From Paramecium tetraurelia (taxonomy: Eukaryota): a DNA stretch of 64,000 nt. Positions within the stretch are counted from its first letter, which is position 1, and each line of letters starts with the position of its first letter. A program made the translations under genes and the position numbers. Below the pieces are notes generated by a model. That model had not been told where the DNA came from, did no database searches, and saw nothing but the letters and a program-made list of their open reading frames with translations. The stretch lies in NCBI GenBank assembly GCA_000165425.1, contig CT868074.1, positions 310,001 to 374,000 of the forward strand, written 5' to 3'. Shown one piece after another: positions 41,251 through 54,142 of the stretch.

Positions 41251-42138
41251 ATGTAATATCATTACCCTTAAGCTCAATATTATCCTTAGCAAAATTATGT
41301 ATCCCCTATGTAAATGGATGTAATAATAATAAATACACTTAGGCTGGCTTTAATTCTGGCTTAGATGCATTATCAAGATGCCCAAGTGTCTTTATAAAAT
41401 AACGTCCTGATTATTTAGAGACATTAGGGGTTTGTGAAAAAAAAAATGCCTATTTCGTTTATCAATCTGACTCGATGGGAAATAAACCAGATTTCAAGCA
41501 ATAGGCTCCAATTTTTAAATGCAAGGAGGAGAGCAGCTGTTGGCAAAGGAATTGCCTTCCTGGAGCATGTAGAGCATTTGATTTGAAAGTTAAATAATAT
41601 AATGAACGATAAGATACTAACACAGTATTTAGGATGAGTAGAGAATTCAGATGTACCTGTCTTTGTTTTGAGAGGTAATTAGTTTTGAGAATATAATTTG
41701 TTAGACCTGAGATGGAAGTTCAATTGTCGAATGGAGTAAAGATAGGAACTATTAATTATCCATTTATGTTTTGTGATAAAGGTGTGGATATTTTGGATGA
41801 GAACAATCAAATAGTCTATACTATAAGAGGAAGCTGTTGTTAATGGCCATTTTTAGTCAATCTGCCTTGTGAAACATGTTAAAGGGCTAGATTTGATATT
41901 ATGGATTCTTAAGGATAAGTAAGAAGAGATCAATATGATTTAGAAAATATCTGAATTGTGGAAAGAATCTGCAGGATTTTGTAATGCATTATGCGATGTT
42001 GATGCTACTAATTTTAGACTTTTATTTCCGATGCAAGCGTCTAGTAGATAAAAAGCTTTGTTGTTAGCTGCTGCTTTATTTATTGATTTTAATTATTTCG
42101 AAGAGTCCCCTTAGGATAAATAAAATAATTAATTTTGA
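41251..42138 (+). CDS. Phospholipid scramblase family protein
   Basis: Pro/Gln/Tyr-rich N-terminus, GLDAL, CEKKNAY, KEESSCWQRNC, REFRCTCLC, DATNFRLLFP, KALLLAAALFIDFNYFE. Confidence 0.92.
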
Positions 42139-42186
42139 TAGCATATGCATGATTATTTATGATAAATAAAATTATTATCCTTTTTA

Positions 42187-44554
42187 TCATAGGTTAATTA
42201 ATTATTCAGACAAATCCTTAATTTTATCAACACTCTTAGTGATTTCTATTTCGAAGTGTAGAATTTTGTAGATTACATAAATTATCTACGGATTTTTTGT
42301 ATTAAGTAACTTATTTTAAATTAAATCGTCTATCTCTTCTTAATCTTTATCATTCAATTCTTCTTAAGACTAATGAATTATTATAGTAAATTTACATTTA
42401 ATTTTGTCCTTAAGAAATTGATGACTTCTTCAAATAACTTTTATCCTAGATCCTGAATGCATTCTTTTCGTTTGATTAACAAGAATTACTCTAACTCCAT
42501 CTTTCTTTGTTCAGCTTCCAACAGTTACTTATTGAGATCCATCTTCTTATTGTCAATGCATAATTCAATAAACTGATGACATTGATTTGTTTCTTCAAAA
42601 GCTTCTTCTTGAATAGTATGAATATCTCTATTTTAAATGGGCTGTTCATCTCCATAATCAGCAGTGTCATCCCTACCTTCCTCATCATTTTCACCATCTC
42701 CATCCTCAGGATCTGTGTAAGCCTACAAATGTAAATAATCATAATATACCCCTTTGTCTGAATCTTATTAATATTCACCATTATTTTAACTATCCTACTA
42801 AGCTGCTGTTTTTGGTTCAGATCTAAATTGTACTTAAACATAATGATTAGATTCCATGTCACTTTGAGATTCAACTATAGTTGTGGGTATCTCATCAGCA
42901 AATGAACTTATATCTATGATTTCTCTTTCTGGCTTTATCACTTTAATGTTACTGTCTTCTTTAGCAACAAAGTCAGGTAAATTCAATACCATATCCACTT
43001 CCTCTTATGAGCAGGTTTATTGTTTTATGCTCTTAGTTTTGTTTTATTTAGGTGTTTCTTTAATTTATTCAATCTTATCAGCCTTTCTCAGAGGTTCTTT
43101 AACTTACCTTGCAGGTTCTTTCGGGGCACCTTTTCGAATTCTCTTTTTATCAATTTCTTCTATATTAGGATTTGAAACCTTCGCTTTTACCTATAAAACT
43201 GGTTTTTTTGTAGGTTATACCTGTTAACTTGAGAAAATGTTTTATTATTAATTAGATTGATTATTATTTGATTAAGATGAAATAATAGGAATTTAATTTG
43301 GCTGAAATTCTGCCTTTAATAATTCAGGTCTAGACACAATTATCCGATCGTCTTATTTTTACTTTTGCAATTCAGAAACCTTATCTCTCCAATCCTTATA
43401 AAAATCATCCATTTTTTAATTTTAATTTTGAACTTGATTCGGAGCAGAGGTAGGTGGAACTTACACAATTTTCTTTTAAACAATTGGAGTATCTCTAACA
43501 GGTTCCTGCTTTCCTTTTACTTCTAATTGCAAATTTTGGGAAGATGTAGATACTTTAGCTTTCAATGGTTTTCCTTATGGAGTACTTTTGACAGAAACAG
43601 CAACAGGGGTGGCTAAGGACTGCTGAATTTCTTTAGGTTTGCTGATAACTGGAGTTTGAATGGGTTAAATTTATGAGGTCTGTTTTGAATTAGGATGAGG
43701 TTAATTTAAATTTAATTGCATTCTCAAGTTCTATGCCTATTAAATCAGACCTGTCTAATGTGACATTTATAATTACTTGCTTATTGTAATAATTAGAATG
43801 CATCAGGTCTTTGTCGATAATCCTTTTACAAACACTAATCAATCAATTATCCTAAAGCTGAGGAATACATTTATCCAATTGGTTCATACCTTCCTCTTAT
43901 TATTTTGAGTACCAGAGCTCCTTAACTATTAGCTTCGAATGGATGTTTAAAAGTGCATAGTTCATATATAACACAACCTAAGGCCCAAATATCGCTTTTC
44001 TCGTTGTAGGGTTTCTCCTCACACATTTCAGGTGATAAGTAATAAGGAGTTCCTACCATAGTCCTTGCAAAGTTGTTTTGATCATTTAATAATTTAGCCA
44101 CTCCAAGGTCTCCAATGCGAACTTGATCTTTGGAGAGAAATATATTCATAGACTTAATGTCTCTATGTAAAACTTTATTCTTATGAAGGAATGCCAATCC
44201 TAATGTTATTTGGATGAGGAATCTCCACACTTAGTTTTCTGGCAACGGTCTCCCCATTTGCATTTTTAATAGTTTGTGCAAATCCCCCCCCTCACAAAAT
44301 TCCATTACTATACATAACAATTACTTATCTATAAAGGATTCATAATATTTCACAATATATGAACTATCCAATTTAGCTAAGATACTTGCTTCGTTTAAAG
44401 CTTCATTTTTCATTCTAGCATTCATTTTTGAAATGTTGATTTGCTTCATCACATAAGTTTGCTTATCAGCTTTGCGTCTCACTTTGTACACCTATCCGAA
44501 GCTACCCTCACCTAACTTATTCAAAATTTCAAATTCATTAAGTTTCGATTCCAT
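42187..44554 (-). CDS. NIMA-related (NEK) kinase
   Basis: [55 protein letters not shown]; long C-terminal tail. Confidence 0.95.
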
Positions 44555-44636
44555 TAATTTAATAATTTAACAAATAATACCTTGCCAAAATCAATTTCAA
44601 AGAGGAATCCTTCAAATAATATTTCATTATTTAATT

Positions 44637-45839
44637 ATGTAAAAGAAAGAACCCTCAAGCAAACTATATGTCATATATCATGACCCTTGTTTGGATGGGA
44701 TTTACTCCTTGACAGGACTTATATTGCCCATTCTAGTTAAAATCAGAAAGGATAACTGGACTATCCAATAATACTTAGAATTACTCAGGTCAGAACTCCC
44801 TAAAATATCCAAAGAAATCCAAAAACCCCAAGAGTATAAGCAAGAAATTATATATCAAGATGAGCCAATTGAAAATCAAAATATGGGCTTCTTCTATCCA
44901 ACTATATAGGACCTGTGTTATATGCCCATTAGATTGAGTGAAGATAATAATGAAGTTTAGAAAATAATCAAATTTTTAAATGATGATTCTAAATCCTCAA
45001 TTTTGATTATTGTAGACTATTTCGGAAGAACTTGGGATAATTTGATACTGCTAACCAAGAGGTTTCAATATGTGATAGTTGTTGATCACCACTAAACATG
45101 TGTAAATGCTATTCCAGATTTCAAAAGAGAGAAATATTAAGCCCTGAATAAAGTGTCAGGAGTAGACAATCTATTCATGCTAGTAAGCATAGACAAGGCT
45201 GCATGTCTCTTAGTGCAAGACTTTCAAGAATAAATCTTTTAAACTAAATATACCTCATTGCTTCCTCCAAATATTGGAACCAAATTTACATTATTTACCA
45301 AATACATTTCAGATAATGACTTATTTGTGTTATAATATCCTGAAACAGAACCTTTGTAAATGGCTATAATGAGAAGAAGGTTGTAATTTGATGTTCGGTA
45401 GAATCCAGCAATCTTTTATAAATTACTAGAATTCGACTTCGATTTTTTAATTAAGGAAGGATAACAACTAGCCATCTAAAGAAATAAGAAAGTTGAAAAT
45501 TTAGTTAAGAATCGTAAAACAGTAGTATTTGGGAAGGATGCAGTAGGCTATGCACTCTATTGTGATGACTTAAGCATTATGAATCCCTTAGGCAACGCCT
45601 TAGGCATTTTGGCCATGAGGTCAGGTGATCAAAATTTAGGTGCGGTTTACCATGATGATAAAAGCAATTCTACTTAGTATAAAATTCATTTGAGGTCAGC
45701 TCATCATGACGAAAATGGGGTTCTGCTCAATAGATTTAGATGCGATGTTTTAGCTGAATCCTTTGGTGGAGGAGGTCATGTTGGTGCAGCATCTCTGTAC
45801 ATGAAAAAAAAGGAATGGAAAAAATTAATGTTTGAATGA
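44637..45839 (+). CDS. DHH/DHHA1-family phosphoesterase (400 aa, intronless)
   Basis: VIYHDPCLDG, IIVDY, VIVVDHH, SDNDL, IHLRS, FGGGGHVGAAS motifs in the canonical order. Confidence 0.88.
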
Positions 45840-46592
45840 AAATTATTTATGATAAATATTATTGTAGAAATTTTGTTGAATTATATTAGTAATTATTTAT
45901 TAAAAATTTGCTAATCTCATTTTTTACTTGTCATTGTTTATTAACTACCAATATCATTCCCAGCCGAAGTTGATATCATATAAGACTATACAGATAAATT
46001 GGATACATTAGATTCATGAATCAACATATAAGGATTGAGATATATAAAATTATGGACGAATTTTCTCTAAAAGTTTACCTGAAATTGTTATACTTCGATT
46101 TAAAGGTTGAAATATTAGATTTTCGGAGAATAGTGTCATTATTATAGGATATTAGAAATAGAATGAAAATTTTATAAATTTTGAATTAGAGAATATCAAA
46201 TAAAAATATATGAGATTTATTATAAAGGGGAAAATTAAGACAATCAGTAAAGAATCAATTTTAAAATTCTTCTAGATTACACTTCCTTTGGATTAGAAGG
46301 TAATCAAAAAATACTTTTTAAATAATTCAAAGGATTAATAGATAACCACTTATAATTCGAAGGATTCTTTATTAAATCTATATATACATATATATGTAAA
46401 TTTAGTTATATCAATGAATAAGGTGAGGATAAAACTGTCTCTTTAAATATTAATTATAATTTTACCATAGACAAGTAATTATAAGAAATTCTAAAGTTAA
46501 GAAATAAATTGGAAATCAGTTAAAATTAACGAAGTGTTTTAAATAAATAACTTTATTTAATAGATCAGATTTATTTGGTATTTGGGTTCACT

Positions 46593-47640
46593 TCATTGAA
46601 AATATTACAATGGAAATCCTATATTTGGTTAAAACATGTAGAAGGGATAGAAGAGTTATATTGGTTAAACGCTTGGGAGAATTGGAGATATAAGATGCTG
46701 CTCGTTAAAGGTGTTGAGGCTTTCATTTAAAGGACTTAAATTTGTTTAAACTTTTTCTATCTGACTTGCTAATTCGTCAGGATCACAAGTATTATATTTT
46801 TTGATTAACTTTAAGATTTTCTTCTCTGTTTGAGAATTTAATTTATTCTAAGATATTTTAAAAATATACTAAATGCATTTTTTTTGCAATTTTTTTCATA
46901 ATCGAATTATAGCAGTTCTTAATTTTATTATCAGTCCGCCCTTGCATCTTTTTGGCAATACCAGACCAATTTTTGTTCAATTCATTAGCGTGAAGCATAA
47001 GTGCATATTTTTCTTAATAGGTGAAAGGCTTTCTATTGAATATTAATCAGATTTACTTATTGATTTTGGAATTAATCACATTATTATACCGTTCACGTAT
47101 CTACTTTTAATATCTTAAATTTTTTGTTAAGTAAATAAATTCCTCTGCTATTACAGTCCAATTGTTGCTTGGATATTTCCTTCGTTGATATTTATAAATA
47201 CTATCTTAATTGGATCAATATTTTGTCTTCCTCTGGGGTCCATGGCAGTTATTTCAAGCTTTGTTTTAATAGACTCATCCATTTTACTAAAAGAAATTAC
47301 TCTGGAACATCTAATACTTTTGCCAGATATTCGAAGACTCCTTTATGATGCTAGACATAAGCTTTTTAAATACCAATTCATAGAATTTTAAGTTCCTCTT
47401 CTCGGCTAATTTAGCAACACACCATATAAACAAGTATTTATCCTTTTGATGCCATTTGCTTCGATTGCTTTATTGGTTAAAATGCACCTTAAATTCATTG
47501 CTTAAATAATGTTCTAATTATTAATATGTCATTTTCTGATTTGGGAACTTGACAATTTACTTAAGTTGTTCCTCATTTAAGTCTACGTCTTTAGAATCTC
47601 CTATTTCTTACAGGAATTCAGTCCATTTTAAAGATTTCAT
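46593..47640 (-). CDS. Myb-repeat DNA-binding protein
   Basis: PWTPEEDKILI...NNWTVIA...KQIRERYNNVIN...KPFTYQEK...KNWSGIAKKMQGRTDNKIKNCYN; three introns. Confidence 0.9.
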
Positions 47641-48289
47641 TTAATTTAAAATTAATAATCTTATATTCTTCTTAGCCCCCTATTAAACTAAGGATATTAA
47701 GATTTAAATTTTTGACTCTATAAGTAGCGCTCAGATTTCCTTTCTAAAATATGGAATATTTTGTTATAATCAAGGATTATTTATCTTTATCAATTTATCA
47801 ATCGTTTTAATTATTAATTTTTAATTAATTTGTCAATGATAGTTTAATTCTCAATATTAAAGTTATTTGATTACACTCAAATTGCTATAAGGCTGAATCG
47901 TCAAATACAACTATGTAATTTTACAAGTATTGCTAACGTGTAGATGTTGATAAATCACTAAATCTTCCAAATCCTTATTATTTATTGTGTAGACTAAGTT
48001 ACTATAATATTCTGAACAATCTCCTCACTATATAAAATGATTAATTAGACATCCAGCTGATGATTATAAAGATTTCTAATTTCAATAATTATTAGGATTT
48101 TAATAATTATATAAATATATTTAATTAAATTCTAAAAATTAATCAAAATTTTTTGGAAAACTCACAAAATTTTTTGATACAATCCCCAAAATATAAATTT
48201 ACCACAAGCTGAATGAATGATGGATTGAAATTCAAGATTAAATTTTGTAATTATTTAATTATATGTATTATATATTGATTTTAAATGTA

Positions 48290-48846
48290 TCAAGCACTTT
48301 GATTTGGACTAACAATTAATTATTTCTTGCTTTAAAATGCTTCTCTTGCATCAAAGATTTCTCTGTCATCCACTCCTAACATTTTAAGAGTTTGATCTAA
48401 AAGATTTACAATTACGCTAAATTGAAGTTCTGTTATATTTAGTTTGCAATGATCTGAAAAATTTTATTATGCCGGCGGTTTTCCTCCAAATAAATATAAA
48501 ACTATAGCATTAAAATGCTATGAAACTTTCTAAATTATTATATTAAAATAATATACACTCTTTTCAACATTCTAGAAAAGGGACTTTAAATCCTTATTAT
48601 TAGAAATACGATCGAATAATAATGATATCATGGGTTAAATTGCTTACTCTCCTCCCAGTCTCTCAATTAAGGGGACTTTCTATATACTTGCATCCAAGAT
48701 CTTAGCTAATAAATCAAAAAACTATTACCACTCCCTCTATTATCTGAATTCAATACTTTTATACCAACAATACCAATAGCAGCAGCAACAGCTACAATTG
48801 CAACAGCTGCTTTATTGTTTTCTATAAAGTTTTGAATTTTTTGCAT
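48290..48846 (-). CDS. Group I (N) truncated 2/2 hemoglobin with N-terminal hydrophobic anchor
   Basis: LIERLGG...LFDRI...SLF...LFGG...DHCKLNITELQF...TLKMLGV shows both Gly-Gly motifs, Phe CD1 and His F8. Preceded by AAVAIVAVAAAIGIVGI. Two introns. Confidence 0.8.
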
Positions 48847-48868
48847 AAATATAATTTAATATAAATAT

Positions 48869-49683
48869 ATGATTGGAATTTACAGATCATTAGTAAACAC
48901 CATTCCTAGATTCAACATAGTTTATGGCTATGTACCAAAGAGGTCACCCTTTGATAAGACTCATTACATTGAGAATTACATACCCAGATAAATTGCTTAC
49001 CCCAAATCAAGAAGACCTAGATTACCGTAATGGGATGATGAATAAACAATTTGGCCAGTCATCCCTCCATCACCCATTTTGCCAAGAAAAAAGTTGTTAT
49101 AATAATTAGAAAATGAAGAATATGAAAGACTACAAATTATCAAAGTAATTCCATTCAATAATTAAAGCCTATGACATTCCCTGATTTTAGAGTGGGAGAT
49201 GTAATTCAAGTGAAATGGATTCACAATATGAGTGAACCTACTATGAATACTTACTAAGGTTTATGCGTTGGAAAAAGAAGATCAAACTCATTAGATGCTT
49301 CATTCAAATTTATTTTCAGATATTGTGGTGTGGAAGTTTTCATGAATGTCAAACAAAATTCGCCTTATTTAAAAGAAGTTACTATTCTTAAGAAGGGCAC
49401 AGGTAATATTAGAAATAAAATGTCCATATTTAAAAAGAAGTTGTCTAAACAGCAATTAATTACTCCTCTCATGAAAAAAGGAAAACCTGTTAGAAGAAGG
49501 GATGATCCAATTCGTAAGAGAAGTTCAAGATCAAGAACCTCTATTTCGATGCTAAAATTAATAGATGATCCATTATTGGTGGAAAAACCTGTTGAGAAAA
49601 AAACAAAAATAATACATAAAAAGAAATAAGCAGAACAAGAAGCAATTGTAGAGCCAAATGATAACACTAATAAATAATAATGA
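48869..49683 (+). CDS. MRPL19: Mitochondrial ribosomal protein bL19m
   Basis: PDFRVGDVIQV...YQGLCVGKRRSNSLDASF...GVEV...NSPYLKEVTILK; basic targeting-like N-terminus; one intron. Confidence 0.82.
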
Positions 49684-49713
49684 GTTTTTAAGTATACGTA
49701 TAAATGTTGAGCA

Positions 49714-50180
49714 TCATAATTATTATTTTTATTATAATTTATACTCTCGTTTTGATTTCATAAAAGTTTCGAATTGTTTGCTTAAGTTTTAAGAATTAAT
49801 ATTCATAACTTTTGCCTTTGGAGATTTTGACTTTACATCGATAACTGCTTAATTATATTGATGAATCTTTAAAACATCAGGAGATTTGGATTTAATATTT
49901 GGAAATGGAATTTTTGTGTTTCCCTTCATATTGATTGAGTAAACACTTGAGGCAGGTTCCAATGCTTTGTTATTTTTTTCCCGTTCTGCTACTGATTAAA
50001 ATTAAGAGAAATCGATTTCTCCATAGTTTCGATTTCCTTTCTCAGCTAATTTGTTTTTCCACATTGCAATAAGCTATATTAAATAAATTTTATTATGTTT
50101 TTTAATACAAAAATTAGTAATATTTATTTTTACTAGTGATAATCATGTATTAAAGGGAGATATTGGGTGGATAGTTTCAT
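49714..50180 (-). CDS. Short hypothetical protein (5' end unclear)
   Basis: Open frame YCNVENKLAEKGNRNYGEIDF...KSKREYKLQQKQQL* ends at 49714. Start and intron structure not resolved. Confidence 0.4.
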
Positions 50181-50383
50181 TATTGAATCTTTTAAATTGG
50201 ATTTCCTTTAAAATTCTAATTAGAAGTCAATTATAAGTGATTTCTAAATATAAAATAAATAAGTCTTATTATATCCTCTTATTATATACTTCAACCTTTA
50301 GTCCAGATCATTCTAAAGTAAGAAATCTATCAAGTTTTAATATTTTATTATTTAAGTGTTATTGATTTATTAAATTAATATAC

Positions 50384-51829
50384 TCAATCAATTTGATCCA
50401 ATAATTTATCTGATTACTTCTCTACTTACTTAGAGTCTTCTTATTTTGATGTCGTAGTTGCCTTACAATTGACCTTATGTTTTGGCCAATCACCAACTTA
50501 GCAATCTTTGCTACAATACCACACTTATTTGCAACGAGAACATCTCTTTGTAGCTTCCTTTGTACATTTCTCACATTTAAATCCATCAATAATACCTTCA
50601 AACACTGTATTTGAATATAGTTCAGCCATTCTTTTGATATCTATTAAATTAATAATATTGAATACCTTCTTTTATACTTGGATCATCAATTTGGAAATAC
50701 TCTTCTTTTTATTTTTAAGCAATAGAGCTCCAATTCTTATCTTTGCATATTGCTAAACGTAATTCTGGCAATTATTGAACTACAATAGTATTTTTACTCT
50801 AAGTTTGTACTTACATAAGGGATAACTCTTCCAAAGACCTCAACATATCCACAAGTTGGGGGATCTAATCCAATAACAATTCATTCATAAATTTCCTTAA
50901 TCTTAATAAATTACTCTTTTTAAAATCATTCAATTCATATTTCCTTCTGCTTTCTGGGTCCATGAATAAATTATATATTGTAATCCACAATTAGGCTTCA
51001 ATTTTAGGTAGTTTACTATAATCTTCCTTATTTAAAGTAACCCACTTTGATTATTCAAATACTTCTCTTTCATTATTAGGATTAATTCTTAACCAAGGCT
51101 TCTCTTCAATCAAGGGGATTAGTAAAAAGAAAAAGTCATTTTCAACAATAATTTGGTGTAGGATATTAATTGGCAAATGCTTTATATGATCAGTTATGAA
51201 TCTTATAATGCTCAGACACATCATTTGAATTTAAAACTCAACATTCTAAAATTGCTCATCCATTTCAGCTTCTTTCGTTCTATTCTTATAATAATCAATG
51301 CTTTTTTTCTCAATCTTTTTTGCAGGTGGCCTAAATCTTTTTTACAATTCAGTACTTCTATAGTAAAGCTGTTAATTTTCGATAGCAATAATCCACTATC
51401 TCAAGAATATAACCTTCTGATGCTTCTATCGAAGTTCTGTGAAATAAGCAAATTTACAATAAATTGCAGACAATAGCTTCGTGTTAAAGTACTGTGTAAG
51501 ATCTAATTGATGACAATTCAGTAAAATGAGATTTCAAATAAGGGAACACATATTGCTTCCACATCTCAGTCATTATTAAATCATAGATTAATGGTTTGAT
51601 TTTATCAAAGGTACAGAAGGCTTCCATAATGAATTCGTCAGATCTAGTTATGGCATTTATGTGTGCTTAGAAATTAAGTTTTTATAAAACCTCATCTTAT
51701 GCGAACCACCTATATATTAAGATATTCTTACTTTTTGCATCCTAATTCAGTAATCTCAAATATTTGAAGACCTTCAATATAATGCTCAGCCTCATATGCT
51801 GTCAATATATCAGTCAATTAAATATTCAT
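50384..51829 (-). CDS. ZMYND10: Zinc finger MYND domain protein 10 (axonemal dynein assembly factor)
   Basis: LTAYEAEHYIEGL, KLNFQAH, TEMWK, HEA, DYCYRK, EAQLW; C-terminal MYND finger [37 protein letters not shown]. Confidence 0.9.
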
Positions 51830-52724
51830 TTATATTATTAATAATTTGATCAGAAACTTATTTTAAAGAAAATCAGAATTTCTAACAATCGTATTTAACA
51901 TAGTCTTAGTATTATAATTATTGTTTGTTAATTTGTCTTACAATTACTTACTAAATTATAGGAAAGTAGATAGTCTATCATAAGAAGAGTAATTTGCTTA
52001 AAATAAATTCAAAAGATAGATTTACATATTGAATAAAAGTGTTAATAAATTTGATAAATAATATGTCAAAAAGTGAAGCACAACTTCAATTCAACATGCC
52101 TAAAAAGAAAAGGATCTATGAAGAATTGTACTATAAGATTATATTTTTGCATATATTTTCTAAAATTAAAAGATCTTATGATTTATTATTTAGACATATT
52201 TTAAATACTCAAATTATAAATATAGATCCTATATGTATATAAAAAAAATTATTAAGCTTACAAATTAAAGAGCCATCAAATTTTCAATATGAATATTTAA
52301 TAAATTTCTTGAAAGATTAAAGTAACAACAAGTTAAAATAAGGGTATAATAGATTTAAGGTAGAAAAGTAATTCCAGTACAGTTATGGTCTATCATAGAA
52401 GTGTAAACAAAAAGAATGGACTTAGGACATTTTTATCAAAAACGTAATCGGAGAATTTCTACTTCTATGAATAGAGTATTACACCCAAGAATTCGAGAAT
52501 TCTAAGAGAAATCTCAATACATCAGAGTGATCGATAAAATGGTGTTAAGGGAAGAAGGAAACAAAGCATATGGCAATTTATAACAAATTTAACCTAAATG
52601 TATGTCAGTTATTATAAATTCAATATTCATCTGAGAGTTAAAAGTTCAACAAGTTATTTTTTTAAATTCTTAAGAAGAAAAAGGAATAAAATTGAAATAA
52701 ATACATTTATTTAATTTATTTAAT

Positions 52725-53622
52725 ATGGCAACGAAAACTGATGATGCTGTGCAATATAATGGTGAAGATTTAAAATCTTTTTATTTCCCAAATAAATTTG
52801 ATCATCGATAAAGTGCTGTTCCAGGAAATCCTTGTTATAACTTTAGATTCAGAATTTTTATTTTTTTTACTTACATTGTTGTTACACAGCTAGGGGAAAT
52901 TTTTGGTACTCCAAGTGATAACATTAATGGTGTATGGGATTGGGGACACTTAATGACAACACCAGTCAATAAATTATATTAAGAACACAGATGGTATTAA
53001 ACTTTGAATTATTTTAGGTTCTCTGCAATGATGCAAATATCGTCTGCCCTTATTTTAGATTTCGCATTCTTTTATGTGTCACTCTATTGGGTTTTATACG
53101 AAAGAAATTTTAGATTGTTTGCAGTTCTTATCTTATTCTATGCAATAAGGGCGGTTCACTTGAATATATTCAAATTGGAGTATTCACCCAACTACTATTG
53201 GGAAGACCCATTGGTGCCAAGCTTAGTTGTAAAATACGGAAAATATTCAGATTTTTTTTATTCAGTACATTCATTCAAATTATCTTAGGGACATGTTGGC
53301 TTTTTAACTATTTGTGCTCTTGAAATGAGAAAAGTAGGAAAAAGTTATATGGCACTCTTTTTTTTCATTTGTTCGATATTTTAGGCCTTTATTGTAATTT
53401 CCTTCGCGATCCATTATACTATTGATGTAATTTATCATCTATATCAAAAAGGTACCAGGAGGGTATATTTTTTCGCATTACTTTTTCAATATGGTTTGCT
53501 ATTGGGAAGCAAAGATTGATTTCATCCTCAAAAGAATAGCAAATTGTTTCTCTAGAACAAATAAAACAATTAGAATTGCTTACGAAAATGACCCAGAAAA
53601 ATAATAACCAACTGCAATTTGA
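52725..53622 (+). CDS. Sphingomyelin/IPC synthase-like lipid phosphotransferase (PAP2 superfamily)
   Basis: Six hydrophobic segments with DFFYS|GH and HYTID|V, matching the SMS-family D3/D4 catalytic His/His/Asp motifs; three introns. Confidence 0.82.
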
Positions 53623-54142
53623 ACATTCACAATGTTTATATAATATATTATTAAATAATTTCCTCCATCAAATAATAATACATAGAGATTTAAAACTATA
53701 AAACTAAATTTTGAATATTTTCTAATTTTCTAAATGTTTGGATAATTTAAAAAGGAATTTATTTAATAAAATTAACAAAAAGCATCCTATGGAGAATAAA
53801 TATGTGGAGCTACGATTAATTGGATTGTTTAATAATTGCTATTTTCATATTTTTAAATTTTGATTTATTTGATTAATTAATATTTTTATAACTGTAATCC
53901 TAATTTATTAAATAATATGAAGAAACTAGAAATTAATTGTATATTTTTGTTCAAAACTAATTGGTCATTATCTATTTCTGGTTTTCCTTGATGTATGATA
54001 TAAACATCTATCTTAAGAAAACTTATAAAGAAATTAAAAAATAGACAAATTGTAAAATCTACTTAAATCTTGCTTTTTTATGATTATACTATTAAAACAA
54101 TAAATAAATAATTGTATTGAATAATTATTATATCAGAAATTA

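Noticed and set aside
12042..47640. CXC/tesmin and Myb genes as a DREAM-complex cluster
   Set aside because: They are ~34 kb apart with unrelated genes between, and both families are large in ciliates.
48143..48177. Direct repeat caaaattttttg twice
   Set aside because: Low-complexity AT sequence with no supporting context.
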